Source: Bryobacterales bacterium
Lineage (GTDB): Bacteria; Acidobacteriota; Terriglobia; Bryobacterales; Bryobacteraceae
Assembly (NCBI GenBank): GCA_963846175.1
Contig: CAWJUX010000002.1
Coordinates: 20-64,019 of the forward strand
DNA: 64,000 bases
Direction: 5' to 3'
Part shown: positions 19,145-27,766 of the stretch, one piece after another
Numbering within the stretch: position 1 is the stretch's first letter
How the letters are laid out: every line of letters starts with the position of its first letter
Position numbers and translations under genes: made by a program
The notes under the pieces: generated by a model
Database searches by the model: none
What the model was told of the DNA's origin: nothing
The model's input: only the letters and a program-made list of their open reading frames with translations

Positions 19145-20298
19145 CACGAATCTGTTCTAGTAGGGCTGCCATCGCGCTGGCATTAGGTGTGTTGGGCGCT
19201 GGTTTGCTTTTGACCGGATGCAGCGGTGCGAAAGGGAAGATTGATGAGGCCGCCGCCGCTCCACCTCAAGCCCACGTAGTTGAGACGGGTGATTCGAATC
19301 TGGTGAAGGTGGATAAGCCTGACCGCTTCGCGGTTGTCAAGGCCGAAGCGCGAAGCGTCCTTCCCGAACTGCACTCTACGGGAGTCATCTCGCCGGACGT
19401 AGACAACAACGTTCCCGTTGTCTCCCTGGCCGCCGGCCGTGCCCTTGCTCTGTACGCCAAGCTTGGGGATGAGGTGAAAAAAGGCCAGTTGTTGCTGAAG
19501 GTGCAGAGCAGCGACGTATCCAATGCGTATTCCACTTATCAGCAGGCGAAGGCTGATGAGCAGTTGACCAAAACTCAACTGGACAGGTCCAAACTGCTTT
19601 ACGACAAAGGCGCCATTGCGCTGAATGATCTGCAAGTCGCTCAGGATACTTACGACAAAGCCCACGTCGCATTATTGGCTGCTGAGCAGATGCTCCAAAA
19701 TCTTGGCGGCAATCTGAATCAGCAGAGCAGCATTGTGGATGTTCTCGCTCCCGCTACCGGCACAATCGTGGAACAGAACATCGTGCAATCGGCGTCGGTT
19801 CATACCCCGGATAATCAGGCCAACTTGTTTACCATCGCCAACCTGTCTTCCGTATGGGCTCTTTGCGACGTGTATGAAAACGACCTCGCGATGGTTCGCA
19901 TGGGCGACATCGCCGACGTGCGCGTAAATGGTTATCCTGACCAGACATTCCGGGGCCGCATCAGTAACATCGGCAAGGTGCTCGATCCCAACACCCGTTC
20001 CGCCAAGGTCCGAATCGTCCTGCGAAACCCCGGCATCATGCGCGTTGGCATGTTTCTTACCGCCACGTTCTACGGGAAGAAGGGCGTAATGAACGCCGTG
20101 GTTCCCTCGGCGGCCATTCTTCATTTGCACGACAAAGATTGGGTTTTCATCCCTGCTCCCAACAGCAGCTTCCGGCGTCTGGAAATTCAATCCGGCAGGA
20201 TTTTGCCGGAAAATCTGCAGATCGTGCTATCCGGCCTTGGGCCCGGACAGTCCGTGGTAAGGGATGCTTTGTCGCTTGAAGCGGAAAGCGAGCAATAG
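19141..20298 (+). CDS. czcB: RND efflux periplasmic adaptor (HlyD/CzcB-like)
   Basis: Lipoprotein-like LLLTGCSG, a lipoyl-like GDEVKKGQLLLKVQS motif, coiled coil and beta-barrel region. Confidence 0.85.
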   Translation: MTRICSSRAAIALALGVLGAGLLLTGCSGAKGKIDEAAAAPPQAHVVETGDSNLVKVDKPDRFAVVKAEARSVLPELHSTGVISPDVDNNVPVVSLAAGRALALYAKLGDEVKKGQLLLKVQSSDVSNAYSTYQQAKADEQLTKTQLDRSKLLYDKGAIALNDLQVAQDTYDKAHVALLAAEQMLQNLGGNLNQQSSIVDVLAPATGTIVEQNIVQSASVHTPDNQANLFTIANLSSVWALCDVYENDLAMVRMGDIADVRVNGYPDQTFRGRISNIGKVLDPNTRSAKVRIVLRNPGIMRVGMFLTATFYGKKGVMNAVVPSAAILHLHDKDWVFIPAPNSSFRRLEIQSGRILPENLQIVLSGLGPGQSVVRDALSLEAESEQ

Positions 20299-20304
20299 CG
20301 AACC

Positions 20305-23300
20305 ATGATTAAGGGTTTCGTTAATTTCTCGCTCGCCAACAAGTTTCTGGTTCTCGCTGTCGCGATCATCCTGCTTGGCTGGGGAGGCCTTTCGTTCCGG
20401 GCCTTGCCGGTAGAAGCTTACCCGGACGTGGCGAACAACTACGTACAGATCATCACGCAGTGGCCGGGCCGCGCCGCCGAAGAAGTAGAACAGCAGATTA
20501 CAGTACCCCTGGAAGTGGTGATGGCCGGTATTCCGCAATTGGACAACATCCGATCCATCTCAGAATTCGGCATTTCCGTCGTCACCATGACTTTTGACGA
20601 CGAAAGCGTAAACGACTGGAACCGTGAACGCACGCTCGAACGCATGAGTCAGGTGACCCTGCCCACCGGCGTGCAGCCGCAAATGGGTCCCGACTACAGC
20701 CCCGTCGGCCAGCTCTACTGGTACACGCTGCAAAGTGCCAACCCTTCTTATGACTTGATGGCTTTGAAATCACTCCAGGACTGGGTGCTTCCCAAACAGC
20801 TCAAGGCTGTCCCCAGAGTGATCGACGTTGCGGCATTCGGCGGCATTACCCGTGAATACCAGGTGCGCGTGGACCCCGACAAACTGATTTCGTATGGTCT
20901 GAGCCTGCAGAACGTGGAACAGGCCATTACCAGCAATAACCTGAACGCGGGCGGTAGCTTTCTTCAGGAGGGTCAACAGCAGGTGAACGTTCGTGAACTG
21001 GGACTTTATAAAAACACCAGCGATATTGGCCTTACTGTCCTAAAGACAAATAATGGCACGCCTGTTTTAGTCAAAGATTTAGGCCCGGTTGAACAGGGCG
21101 CCAAAATTCGGCTCGGACAGATTGGCAAAGCCACTCACCTGCCCAATGGCAAAATACTCGACAACCCTGACACCATTGAAGGTATCGTGCTGCTTCGTAA
21201 AGGAGCAGATGGCGACGCCATGCTGGCTGCTCTGCACGAGAAAGTCAAATACCTTAACGATCATTTCCTGCCGCCTGGAGTAAAGATCGTCCCGTTTCTG
21301 GACCGCAGTGATCTGGTTCACCTGACAACCCATACCGTCGAGCACAACCTGACCGAGGGAATGCTGCTGGTTTCCATCATTCTCTTTCTGTTCCTTGGAA
21401 ATATTCGCTCTGCCCTCATCGTTGTTTGCACCATTCCGTTTTCCTTGTTGTTCGCCTCCATTTGCCTGGATCTCAGCCACGTACCCGCAAACTTGTTGTC
21501 CCTCGGCGCTCTCGATTTCGGCATGGTGGTGGATGGATCCGTCGTGATGGTGGAAAACATCATGCGTCACATCAGCGGTTTCCAGCGAAACGAAAAAACC
21601 GTCGCTCAGGCCATTCGGGAAGCGGCGCAGGAAGTTCAACGGCCGGTGTTCTTCGCGGTGGCCATCATTATCACCGCGTACCTGCCCATCTTTACGCTCC
21701 AGGCTGTGGAAGGCCGGCTGTTTCATCCCATGGCGCTAACCGTGGCCTTCGCGCTGGCTGGGTCGCTCATCTTCTCGTTATCCGTGCTGCCTGTTCTGGC
21801 GCTGCTTGTGTTTGGACCAAGCACCAAGGAATGGCACAATCCCGTCCTCTACGCAGTGATAGCCGGTTACCGGCACGCGCTCGAATGGGTTACCAAAACG
21901 ACGCCCCGCCACGTACTCATTCTCGGCGGCGCCTTCGCCCTGCTCATCGGCTCCGTTTACCTCATGGTCGGCGGCTATATCGGTTCCGAATTCCTGCCTC
22001 ACCTGGATGAAGGCGCAATTTGGGCGCGCGGAACACTGTCGCCCAGCACCGGACCCACTGATGGAGAACGGGTCATGCACCAGGCACGTCTCAAGTTCGC
22101 AAGCTTCCCCGAGGTCACGCAAGTCGTCACCCAGGTCGGCCGTCCTGACGACGGCACCGACGTCACTTTGTTTTCAAACACCGAATACTTCATCGACCTG
22201 AAGCCCAAGTCTGAATGGCGTTCTCTCTTCCATGAAGACAAGGAAGAACTCATTCGCGCCATGGATCGCGAGGTGAATAAGATGCCTGGCGTTTTATGGA
22301 ACTTCTCACAGCCTATCTCCGACAACATGGAAGAAGCCGTCAGCGGTGTGAAAGGAGAACTGGCCGTCAAGATTTACGGTACAGATCTGAAATTGCTGGA
22401 AGCCAAAGGCGATGAAATTGTTCGCGCCATGCAGAACATTCAAGGTATTCAGGACCTGGGTCTGTTCCGGGTCGTGGGCCAGCCGAACCTGAACGTGGTT
22501 GTGAATCGCGAGAAAGCTGCGCGCTTCGGATTAAATGTGTCTGATGTCCAGGACGCCGTTCAAACCGCCGTCGGTGGCAACGCCGTTACCTCTGTTCTGC
22601 AGGGCGAAGAAGTCTATGATCTGGTGATTCGCTACCTCAAGGATTATCGTTCAACACCGGAAGAAATTTCGAACATCCGCCTGCTTGCGCCCACCGGCGA
22701 GCGGGTTTCGCTTTCCCAGGTGAGCGACATCAAAACACAGGATGGAGCTTCGCAAATCTATCGGCAGAATAACAGCCGCTATGTCGCGCTAAAATACAGC
22801 GTTCGAGGACGCGATTTGGGCAGCACCGTTCAGGAGGCCATCAGTAAAGTGGAAGGCAGTGTGAAACTGCCGGCCGGTTATTACCTGGAGTGGGCCGGCG
22901 AATACCAAAGCGAGCAACGCGCCAACAAGCGCCTGTCGCTCATCGTTCCCGTCACCATCGTGGTGATCTTCTTCCTGCTATACACCATGTTTCATTCGCT
23001 GAAATGGGCGGCTCTCGCTATGGTGAGCGTGGCTCTGGCGCCTATTGGAGCGTTGTTGGCGCTTTGGTTTACCCACACCCATTTCAGTGTCTCCTCGGGT
23101 ATTGGAACCCTCGCGCTCTTCGGCGTCGCCGTGCAGACCGGCGTGATTATGATTCAGTACATCAATCAGTTGCGCGCGCGCGGTTTCAACATTCGCGAAG
23201 CCGCGATCGAAGGCGCGGTGCTGAGGCTGCGGCCCATCATGATGACCATGACAGTCGCGACCCTTGGCCTGCTGCCGGCGGCCATGTCAAACGGCATTGG

Positions 23301-23457
23301 CTCCGATTCGCAAAAGCCCTTCGCCATTGTGATTGTCGGCGGCTTAAGCGCCACGCTCCTGCTGAGTATCTTTGTTATTCCAACCATCTACACATTGGTG
23401 GCTCGCGACGGCGATGTGCTGCCGGCTTATGAGCCCGAGTTGAACGAACCTCAGTAG
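20305..23457 (+). CDS. czcA: CusA/CzcA-family heavy-metal RND efflux pump
   Basis: 1050 aa. N-terminus IKGFVNFSLANKFLVLAVAIILLGWGGLSFRALPVEAYPDV and the 12-TM architecture are typical of the HME-RND family. Confidence 0.93.
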   Translation: MIKGFVNFSLANKFLVLAVAIILLGWGGLSFRALPVEAYPDVANNYVQIITQWPGRAAEEVEQQITVPLEVVMAGIPQLDNIRSISEFGISVVTMTFDDESVNDWNRERTLERMSQVTLPTGVQPQMGPDYSPVGQLYWYTLQSANPSYDLMALKSLQDWVLPKQLKAVPRVIDVAAFGGITREYQVRVDPDKLISYGLSLQNVEQAITSNNLNAGGSFLQEGQQQVNVRELGLYKNTSDIGLTVLKTNNGTPVLVKDLGPVEQGAKIRLGQIGKATHLPNGKILDNPDTIEGIVLLRKGADGDAMLAALHEKVKYLNDHFLPPGVKIVPFLDRSDLVHLTTHTVEHNLTEGMLLVSIILFLFLGNIRSALIVVCTIPFSLLFASICLDLSHVPANLLSLGALDFGMVVDGSVVMVENIMRHISGFQRNEKTVAQAIREAAQEVQRPVFFAVAIIITAYLPIFTLQAVEGRLFHPMALTVAFALAGSLIFSLSVLPVLALLVFGPSTKEWHNPVLYAVIAGYRHALEWVTKTTPRHVLILGGAFALLIGSVYLMVGGYIGSEFLPHLDEGAIWARGTLSPSTGPTDGERVMHQARLKFASFPEVTQVVTQVGRPDDGTDVTLFSNTEYFIDLKPKSEWRSLFHEDKEELIRAMDREVNKMPGVLWNFSQPISDNMEEAVSGVKGELAVKIYGTDLKLLEAKGDEIVRAMQNIQGIQDLGLFRVVGQPNLNVVVNREKAARFGLNVSDVQDAVQTAVGGNAVTSVLQGEEVYDLVIRYLKDYRSTPEEISNIRLLAPTGERVSLSQVSDIKTQDGASQIYRQNNSRYVALKYSVRGRDLGSTVQEAISKVEGSVKLPAGYYLEWAGEYQSEQRANKRLSLIVPVTIVVIFFLLYTMFHSLKWAALAMVSVALAPIGALLALWFTHTHFSVSSGIGTLALFGVAVQTGVIMIQYINQLRARGFNIREAAIEGAVLRLRPIMMTMTVATLGLLPAAMSNGIGSDSQKPFAIVIVGGLSATLLLSIFVIPTIYTLVARDGDVLPAYEPELNEPQ

Positions 23458-23517
23458 CGGCAAGTAGGGCTTTTGGTGCACAGGCAGCGGAGTGTCCGAA
23501 TTCTCGGAGGACTTTCC

Positions 23518-23566
23518 AATAGGCTATAATCTATCAATATCGCCACAAAAATAGGCTATACTCTAT
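23518..23566 (+). promoter_or_regulatory. two 17-bp direct repeats, each containing the palindrome ATAGnCTAT and a -10-like hexamer; candidate operator/promoter of the HTH-Fic cassette
   Basis: AATAGGCTATAATCTAT (23518..23534) and AATAGGCTATACTCTAT (23550..23566) are 16/17 identical with starts 32 bp apart. TATAAT at 23525..23530. They lie 32-80 bp upstream of ATG 23598. Confidence 0.5.
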
Positions 23567-23597
23567 TAAGTACTCACAAAACGAAAGGACGTAGCTT

Positions 23598-24053
23598 ATG
23601 AAAAGAGCCCGGATTGCTGCCGAGTCGCGGTCCTACCTGGATGAACGCTTCAGGAGGCTGGGACCTGTTGCGCTCTACAATGCGCCGGTTCGAGGTTGGA
23701 TCAAGGCCGTCCGCGAGGCGCTCGGCATGACCACCCAGCAGCTGTCAGTGCGGCTCGGCGTCAGGCAACCGTCCGTGGTGGATATGGAGCAATCCGAAGC
23801 GAAGGGAGCCATCTCTCTCGCCACCTTGCGGCGCGCTGCGGAAGCACTCGACTGCACGCTCGTTTATGCGCTGGTGCCGAACCAGCTGCTGGAGACCACC
23901 GTTCGGGATCGCGCGCGTTTCTTTGCCCGGCGTCGTCGTGAGCCCATCGAACACTCGATGCTGCTGGAGGATCAGAAGGTGAAAGAAGAGTACAGCGAAG
24001 CAAGGATCGACGAGATTTTGCGCGACACGAACCCACGTCAGTTTTGGGACTAG
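23598..24053 (+). CDS. XRE-type HTH protein of the 'mobile mystery protein A' type (antitoxin-like partner of the Fic protein)
   Basis: RGWIKAVREALGMTTQQLSVRLGVRQPSVVDMEQSEAKGAISLATLRRAAEALDCTLVYALVP matches my memory of that TIGRFAMs family. It overlaps the next gene by 10 nt. Confidence 0.75.
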   Translation: MKRARIAAESRSYLDERFRRLGPVALYNAPVRGWIKAVREALGMTTQQLSVRLGVRQPSVVDMEQSEAKGAISLATLRRAAEALDCTLVYALVPNQLLETTVRDRARFFARRRREPIEHSMLLEDQKVKEEYSEARIDEILRDTNPRQFWD

Positions 24054-24637
24054 TGAACGATCTCTTCGAGCAGCCGGACCATGCCACGCCGTTGACGCCG
24101 GAGGAAATGCGCGAGTTGATCCCCTCGTACGTCGCGTATCGCCGCGAGCTGAATGAGGTTGAACAGGAAAACATTGCGCGCGGACAGGACTGGGCACTTG
24201 GACGCAAGCGAGACCTGCTCACCGAAAAATTCGTCATGGATCTGCACCGCCGGATGCTAGGCGACGTATGGCGTTGGGCAGGAAAATTCAGGAAGAGCGA
24301 GCGGAATATCGGAATTGTCTTTTACGAGATTCCGCTCGCCCTGCGACTTCTGCTCGACGATGCGAAAACCTGGATTGCCTGCAACACTTATCCGCCCGAT
24401 GAAATCGCCGTTCGCTTTCATCACCGGCTCGTGCAAATCCATTCGTTCCCGAACGGCAACGGCCGCCACTCCCGTCTGATGGCGGATCTTTTGGTTATGA
24501 GGCTGGGCCGTGAGCGGTTCTCCTGGGGGAGCATCGGTCTGCGGGAGCCGGGCGAACTGCGTCAGCGATACATTACAGCCCTGCGGGCGGCTGACAACCT
24601 CGACGTCGGCCCGCTGGTGGCGTTCGCTCGTTCTTAG
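24044..24637 (+). CDS. Fic/DOC-family protein of the 'mobile mystery protein B' type
   Basis: Fic core motif HSFPNGNGRHSR (HxFx[D/E/N]GNGRxxR). N-terminal ATPLTPEEMRELIPSYV...ELNEVEQENI is typical of this subfamily. Confidence 0.85.
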   Translation: MGLVNDLFEQPDHATPLTPEEMRELIPSYVAYRRELNEVEQENIARGQDWALGRKRDLLTEKFVMDLHRRMLGDVWRWAGKFRKSERNIGIVFYEIPLALRLLLDDAKTWIACNTYPPDEIAVRFHHRLVQIHSFPNGNGRHSRLMADLLVMRLGRERFSWGSIGLREPGELRQRYITALRAADNLDVGPLVAFARS

Positions 24638-24668
24638 GACGCCGGTAATGTCGCTCTTTCTCGCGTAA

Positions 24669-24770
24669 GACACCGCTAAAATTCGTGTCCGCGATATGTT
24701 TTCCAAGCTGGACATGACGGACCGCACAGAAGCAGTCTTGCTTGAAAACTTCGAATTTCCGGTAAGCTAG
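24669..24770 (+). pseudogene. 3'-terminal remnant of a LuxR/NarL-type HTH regulator
   Basis: A 33-codon open frame, DTAKIRVRDMFSKLDMTDRTEAVLLENFEFPVS-stop, resembles the last helix-turn-helix of LuxR-family regulators. It has no start codon and no N-terminal part, and begins 32 nt after the Fic gene ends. Confidence 0.55.
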
Positions 24771-24774
24771 GCAA

Positions 24775-25203
24775 ATGCTTGAAGAGATCAATAACTTGGA
24801 GATTCTTTTGATTGAGGATGACATCTCCATGTCCTATTTGACCAAAGAGGCCTTTCGGGCAAACGAACTGCATCATGGATTGATCTGTTTGCCGGATGGT
24901 GACGAGGCGTTGGATTATCTTCGCGCAACCGGTAAGCCAAAGCCGCATCTCATTTGCCTGGATCTTCATCTGCCCAAGGTGCCGGGTCTGCAGGTCTTGG
25001 CTCAATTGAAGTCAGATCCGCAACTCAAGCGTATTCCCGTTATTGTGGTCTCGGGCGCCGACGATCCGCACGAAATTCGCGAAGCTTACGAACTGCATGC
25101 AAGCTGTTTCATTCACAAGCCCAATGATTTGGACCAGTTTCTTCGCTTTGTCAAGATCTGTTTTGAATTCTGGGGTTCGGTGGTGACGTTATCGCCGGTT
25201 TAG
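24775..25203 (+). CDS. stand-alone CheY-like response-regulator receiver
   Basis: ILLIEDD...LICLDLHLPKVPGLQVL...PVIVVSGADD...FIHKP contains the receiver signature residues. Confidence 0.85.
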   Translation: MLEEINNLEILLIEDDISMSYLTKEAFRANELHHGLICLPDGDEALDYLRATGKPKPHLICLDLHLPKVPGLQVLAQLKSDPQLKRIPVIVVSGADDPHEIREAYELHASCFIHKPNDLDQFLRFVKICFEFWGSVVTLSPV

Positions 25204-25278
25204 CGCAGCAATTCAAGTCTCCTCGCGGCGATCGGTAAGCTCATATCCGCGAATTCTAAAACTGATTAAACCTAAAGT

Positions 25279-25354
25279 TGGTGGACCTGATCGGGTTCGA
25301 ACCGATGACCTCTTCCATGCCATGGAAGCGCGCTCCCAACTGCGCCACAGGCCC
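25279..25354 (-). tRNA. tRNA-Ala (anticodon GGC), CCA encoded
   Basis: The reverse complement folds as a cloverleaf: acceptor GGGCCUG/CAGGUCC with G3:U70, anticodon loop AUGGCAU, T-loop UUCGAAC, 3' ACCA. Confidence 0.9.
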
Positions 25355-25539
25355 GTTCGTGAAGGAGAACGCTTTGAGAATACCACACTGTCTGTACCAA
25401 AACTCCCGGTTTAAACTGTGTGAAAATTCCTCTCATAATTGCTCACGTAGATCTCTTGACTCTTCGGATTATTCAAGGCACAATCGAACGGTCGGAATCA
25501 AACGGGTGACCTTAACTGCTTCCTTCCGGCCGTCACTTC

Positions 25540-25845
25540 ATGAGCACTGCTGTAAGTCCCTTTACGACTCAGTTGCGGGATGCTGATCCGGCAACCGATG
25601 AGAAAATTTCTGTTTCAGGTGTTACCCCTGTGAATCTAGATGAATTGATCCACGAACTGCGTCAGCCCTTAGGCGTGCTCGAATCGCTGACTTATTTCAT
25701 TGAGATAACCACTACCGACGAAAGCATTAGCCCCCAACTGGAGCACATGCAAAGCATGTTAGCGAAGGTGCACCACATTCTGGAAGACGCCTGTGAGCGC
25801 GGCGTTTCCTCGTATCCTGCAACAATACCCGGTTCGCTTCGCTAG
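25540..25845 (+). CDS. DHp (HisKA)-only histidine-kinase-like protein, no ATPase domain
   Basis: H-box LDELIHELRQPLGVLESL. Only 101 aa. The stop overlaps the convergent lpxD stop at CTAG. Confidence 0.45.
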   Translation: MSTAVSPFTTQLRDADPATDEKISVSGVTPVNLDELIHELRQPLGVLESLTYFIEITTTDESISPQLEHMQSMLAKVHHILEDACERGVSSYPATIPGSLR

Positions 25846-26900
25846 GTCTGTTCCTCGTCCAGCAGTCTTTCTTCTAACTCACGAACCCGTTGTCTGAGCT
25901 GGCGAACTTCTTCCTTCAGCTCAGACAGCTTGTTCACATTCGCCAGGCCTTTCAAATGCTGCCGCAGCGGCCGTGCCGGAATGCCCCACACCGGCTCACC
26001 GGCTCGCACAGTGGCCGAAGTCAGAATGCCCGCTTTCCCGCCCACAATAGCCTTCGCTTCAATGCGAGCCTTCTCGCCAATGCCCGCCTGGCCCCCGATC
26101 ACCGCAAAATCGCCCACTGTCACACTGCCTGAAAATCCCGTCTGTGCCGCCACCACAACGTTTTCACCCAGCACGCAATTGTGTCCCACGTGAATTAGAT
26201 TATCGAGTTTAGTACCGGCTCCTATGCTGGTAATTCCCAGAGCGGCACGGTCAATACAGCACGCCGCGCCGATCTCCACGTCGTCGTGAATAACAACCCC
26301 TCCCACTTGCGGAAACTTTTGATAGCGCCCACCCACCAAAACGAAGCCGAATCCATCTGCGCCAATCACCGCACCCGCATGAATAATCACCCGCGCTCCA
26401 ATGCGGACGCCGTCGTAGATCGTCACGTTGGGATGCAGTCGTGTGTTCTCGGCAATGTGGACGCCATCTCCAATCACGCATCCATCGGCTATCGCACAGC
26501 CGCTGCCGATCGCCGTATGGCTGCCCACGCTCACGTGTGCGCCAATAAAGCAATCCTCAGCAATCTTCGCCGATTCTGAAACAATCGCGCTCGGGTGAAT
26601 GCCGTCTCGAAACCGTTTCGGCGGATAAAGCGCGCCGAGCGCCAGGGCGAACGCCATGCGTGGTTCGTCCACGCGAATCAAAGCCCAGGGACCCTCCGTC
26701 GAGAAAGACTGCGGCACAATCAGACACCCTGCCTTCGAACTCCCTGCCGCAGCGATACCCTGTTTGCCCGATACGAACGACAAATCAGACGCATTCGCTT
26801 CCGTCAAGGGTGCTGCGCCCGTGATCATTCGTCCCTGCTCACCCTCGCCTTTGCCGGCATTCAGCAAAGACGCAATCTCAGCAACAGTAAGGCTCTGCAT
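25842..26900 (-). CDS. lpxD: UDP-3-O-acylglucosamine N-acyltransferase
   Basis: N-terminal LTVAEIASLL...ASDLSFVSGKQ, long hexapeptide (LbH) repeats and a C-terminal coiled coil. Confidence 0.88.
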   Translation of the reverse strand: MQSLTVAEIASLLNAGKGEGEQGRMITGAAPLTEANASDLSFVSGKQGIAAAGSSKAGCLIVPQSFSTEGPWALIRVDEPRMAFALALGALYPPKRFRDGIHPSAIVSESAKIAEDCFIGAHVSVGSHTAIGSGCAIADGCVIGDGVHIAENTRLHPNVTIYDGVRIGARVIIHAGAVIGADGFGFVLVGGRYQKFPQVGGVVIHDDVEIGAACCIDRAALGITSIGAGTKLDNLIHVGHNCVLGENVVVAAQTGFSGSVTVGDFAVIGGQAGIGEKARIEAKAIVGGKAGILTSATVRAGEPVWGIPARPLRQHLKGLANVNKLSELKEEVRQLRQRVRELEERLLDEEQT

Positions 26901-26914
26901 CCCTCATACTTAGC

Positions 26915-27751
26915 ATGATGATCGACGCTTCCGCATATATCGCGCCCACTGCGCGCGTTCACCCCTATGCATCCATCGGGCCCCACAGTCACATTGGTGA
27001 GTTCTGCGTCATCGAATCGGATGTGGAAATGGGCGTTGGCTGCATGCTGGAGCCATACGTGTACATCAAGCGCTGGACGCGCATGGGCGATTACAACGAA
27101 ATCTCATCCGGTACCGTCTTAGGTTCTGATCCGCTGGACAAAGCATTCAGCGGTGAGCGCAGCTTCCTCATCATGGGGAACAACAACAAAATCCGTGAAC
27201 ATTTCACCATCTCCCGCGGAACCGACCCTGATTCCGAGACCCGCATCGGCAACGGCAACTACATCATGACCTCTGGTCATATCGCCCATAACTGTACTCT
27301 ATGGAATGACATCGTGGTTGCGAGCTCGGCGCTGGTTGCCGGCTATGTCGAAATTGAGAGCCAGGCCTTTCTCTCCGGCGGCGTAGTCGTACATCAACAT
27401 TCGCGAATTGGAAGATTAGCCATGATCGGCGGCAATACCCGAGTGAACAGTGACTTACCGCCTTACTTCCTTTACTCGGATTTCAACGTCGCCGCCAAAG
27501 GTCTCAACGTGGTGGGGCTGCGCCGGGCCGGATTCTCAAGACAGGATTTTCAAGCATTGAAGCTGGCGTTCAAACTCCTCTATCGATCCGGTCTCAATCG
27601 CAAAGAAGCGTTGGCCCGAATTCTAGCCGAAGCGCCTAACGAACACACTCGCCATTTAGTGGAATTCATCGAGGCCAGCAAGCGCGGCATTTGCGGCGCC
27701 AGCCGCGACCCGATGGTCGTTTTAATAGACGACGATGCTCCCATATCATAG
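26915..27751 (+). CDS. lpxA: acyl-ACP--UDP-N-acetylglucosamine O-acyltransferase
   Basis: Aligns along its length with E. coli LpxA from memory (IDASAYIAPTARV..., HIAHNC, GLRRAGFSRQDFQALKLAFKLLYRSG). Confidence 0.88.
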   Translation: MMIDASAYIAPTARVHPYASIGPHSHIGEFCVIESDVEMGVGCMLEPYVYIKRWTRMGDYNEISSGTVLGSDPLDKAFSGERSFLIMGNNNKIREHFTISRGTDPDSETRIGNGNYIMTSGHIAHNCTLWNDIVVASSALVAGYVEIESQAFLSGGVVVHQHSRIGRLAMIGGNTRVNSDLPPYFLYSDFNVAAKGLNVVGLRRAGFSRQDFQALKLAFKLLYRSGLNRKEALARILAEAPNEHTRHLVEFIEASKRGICGASRDPMVVLIDDDAPIS

Positions 27752-27766
27752 GAAGACGAAAGACGA

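Noticed and set aside
23461-23490. Possible att-type direct repeat of the tRNA-Ala 3' end (TTGGTGCACAGG versus TTGGTGGACCTG)
   Set aside because: Only about 9 of 12 positions match and the match does not extend further. This is too weak to call an attachment-site duplicate without a computed alignment.
25278-25586. 102-aa plus-strand ORF starting at TTG 25278
   Set aside because: Its first 25 codons are the antisense of a perfectly folding tRNA-Ala gene, and the remainder has no coding features.
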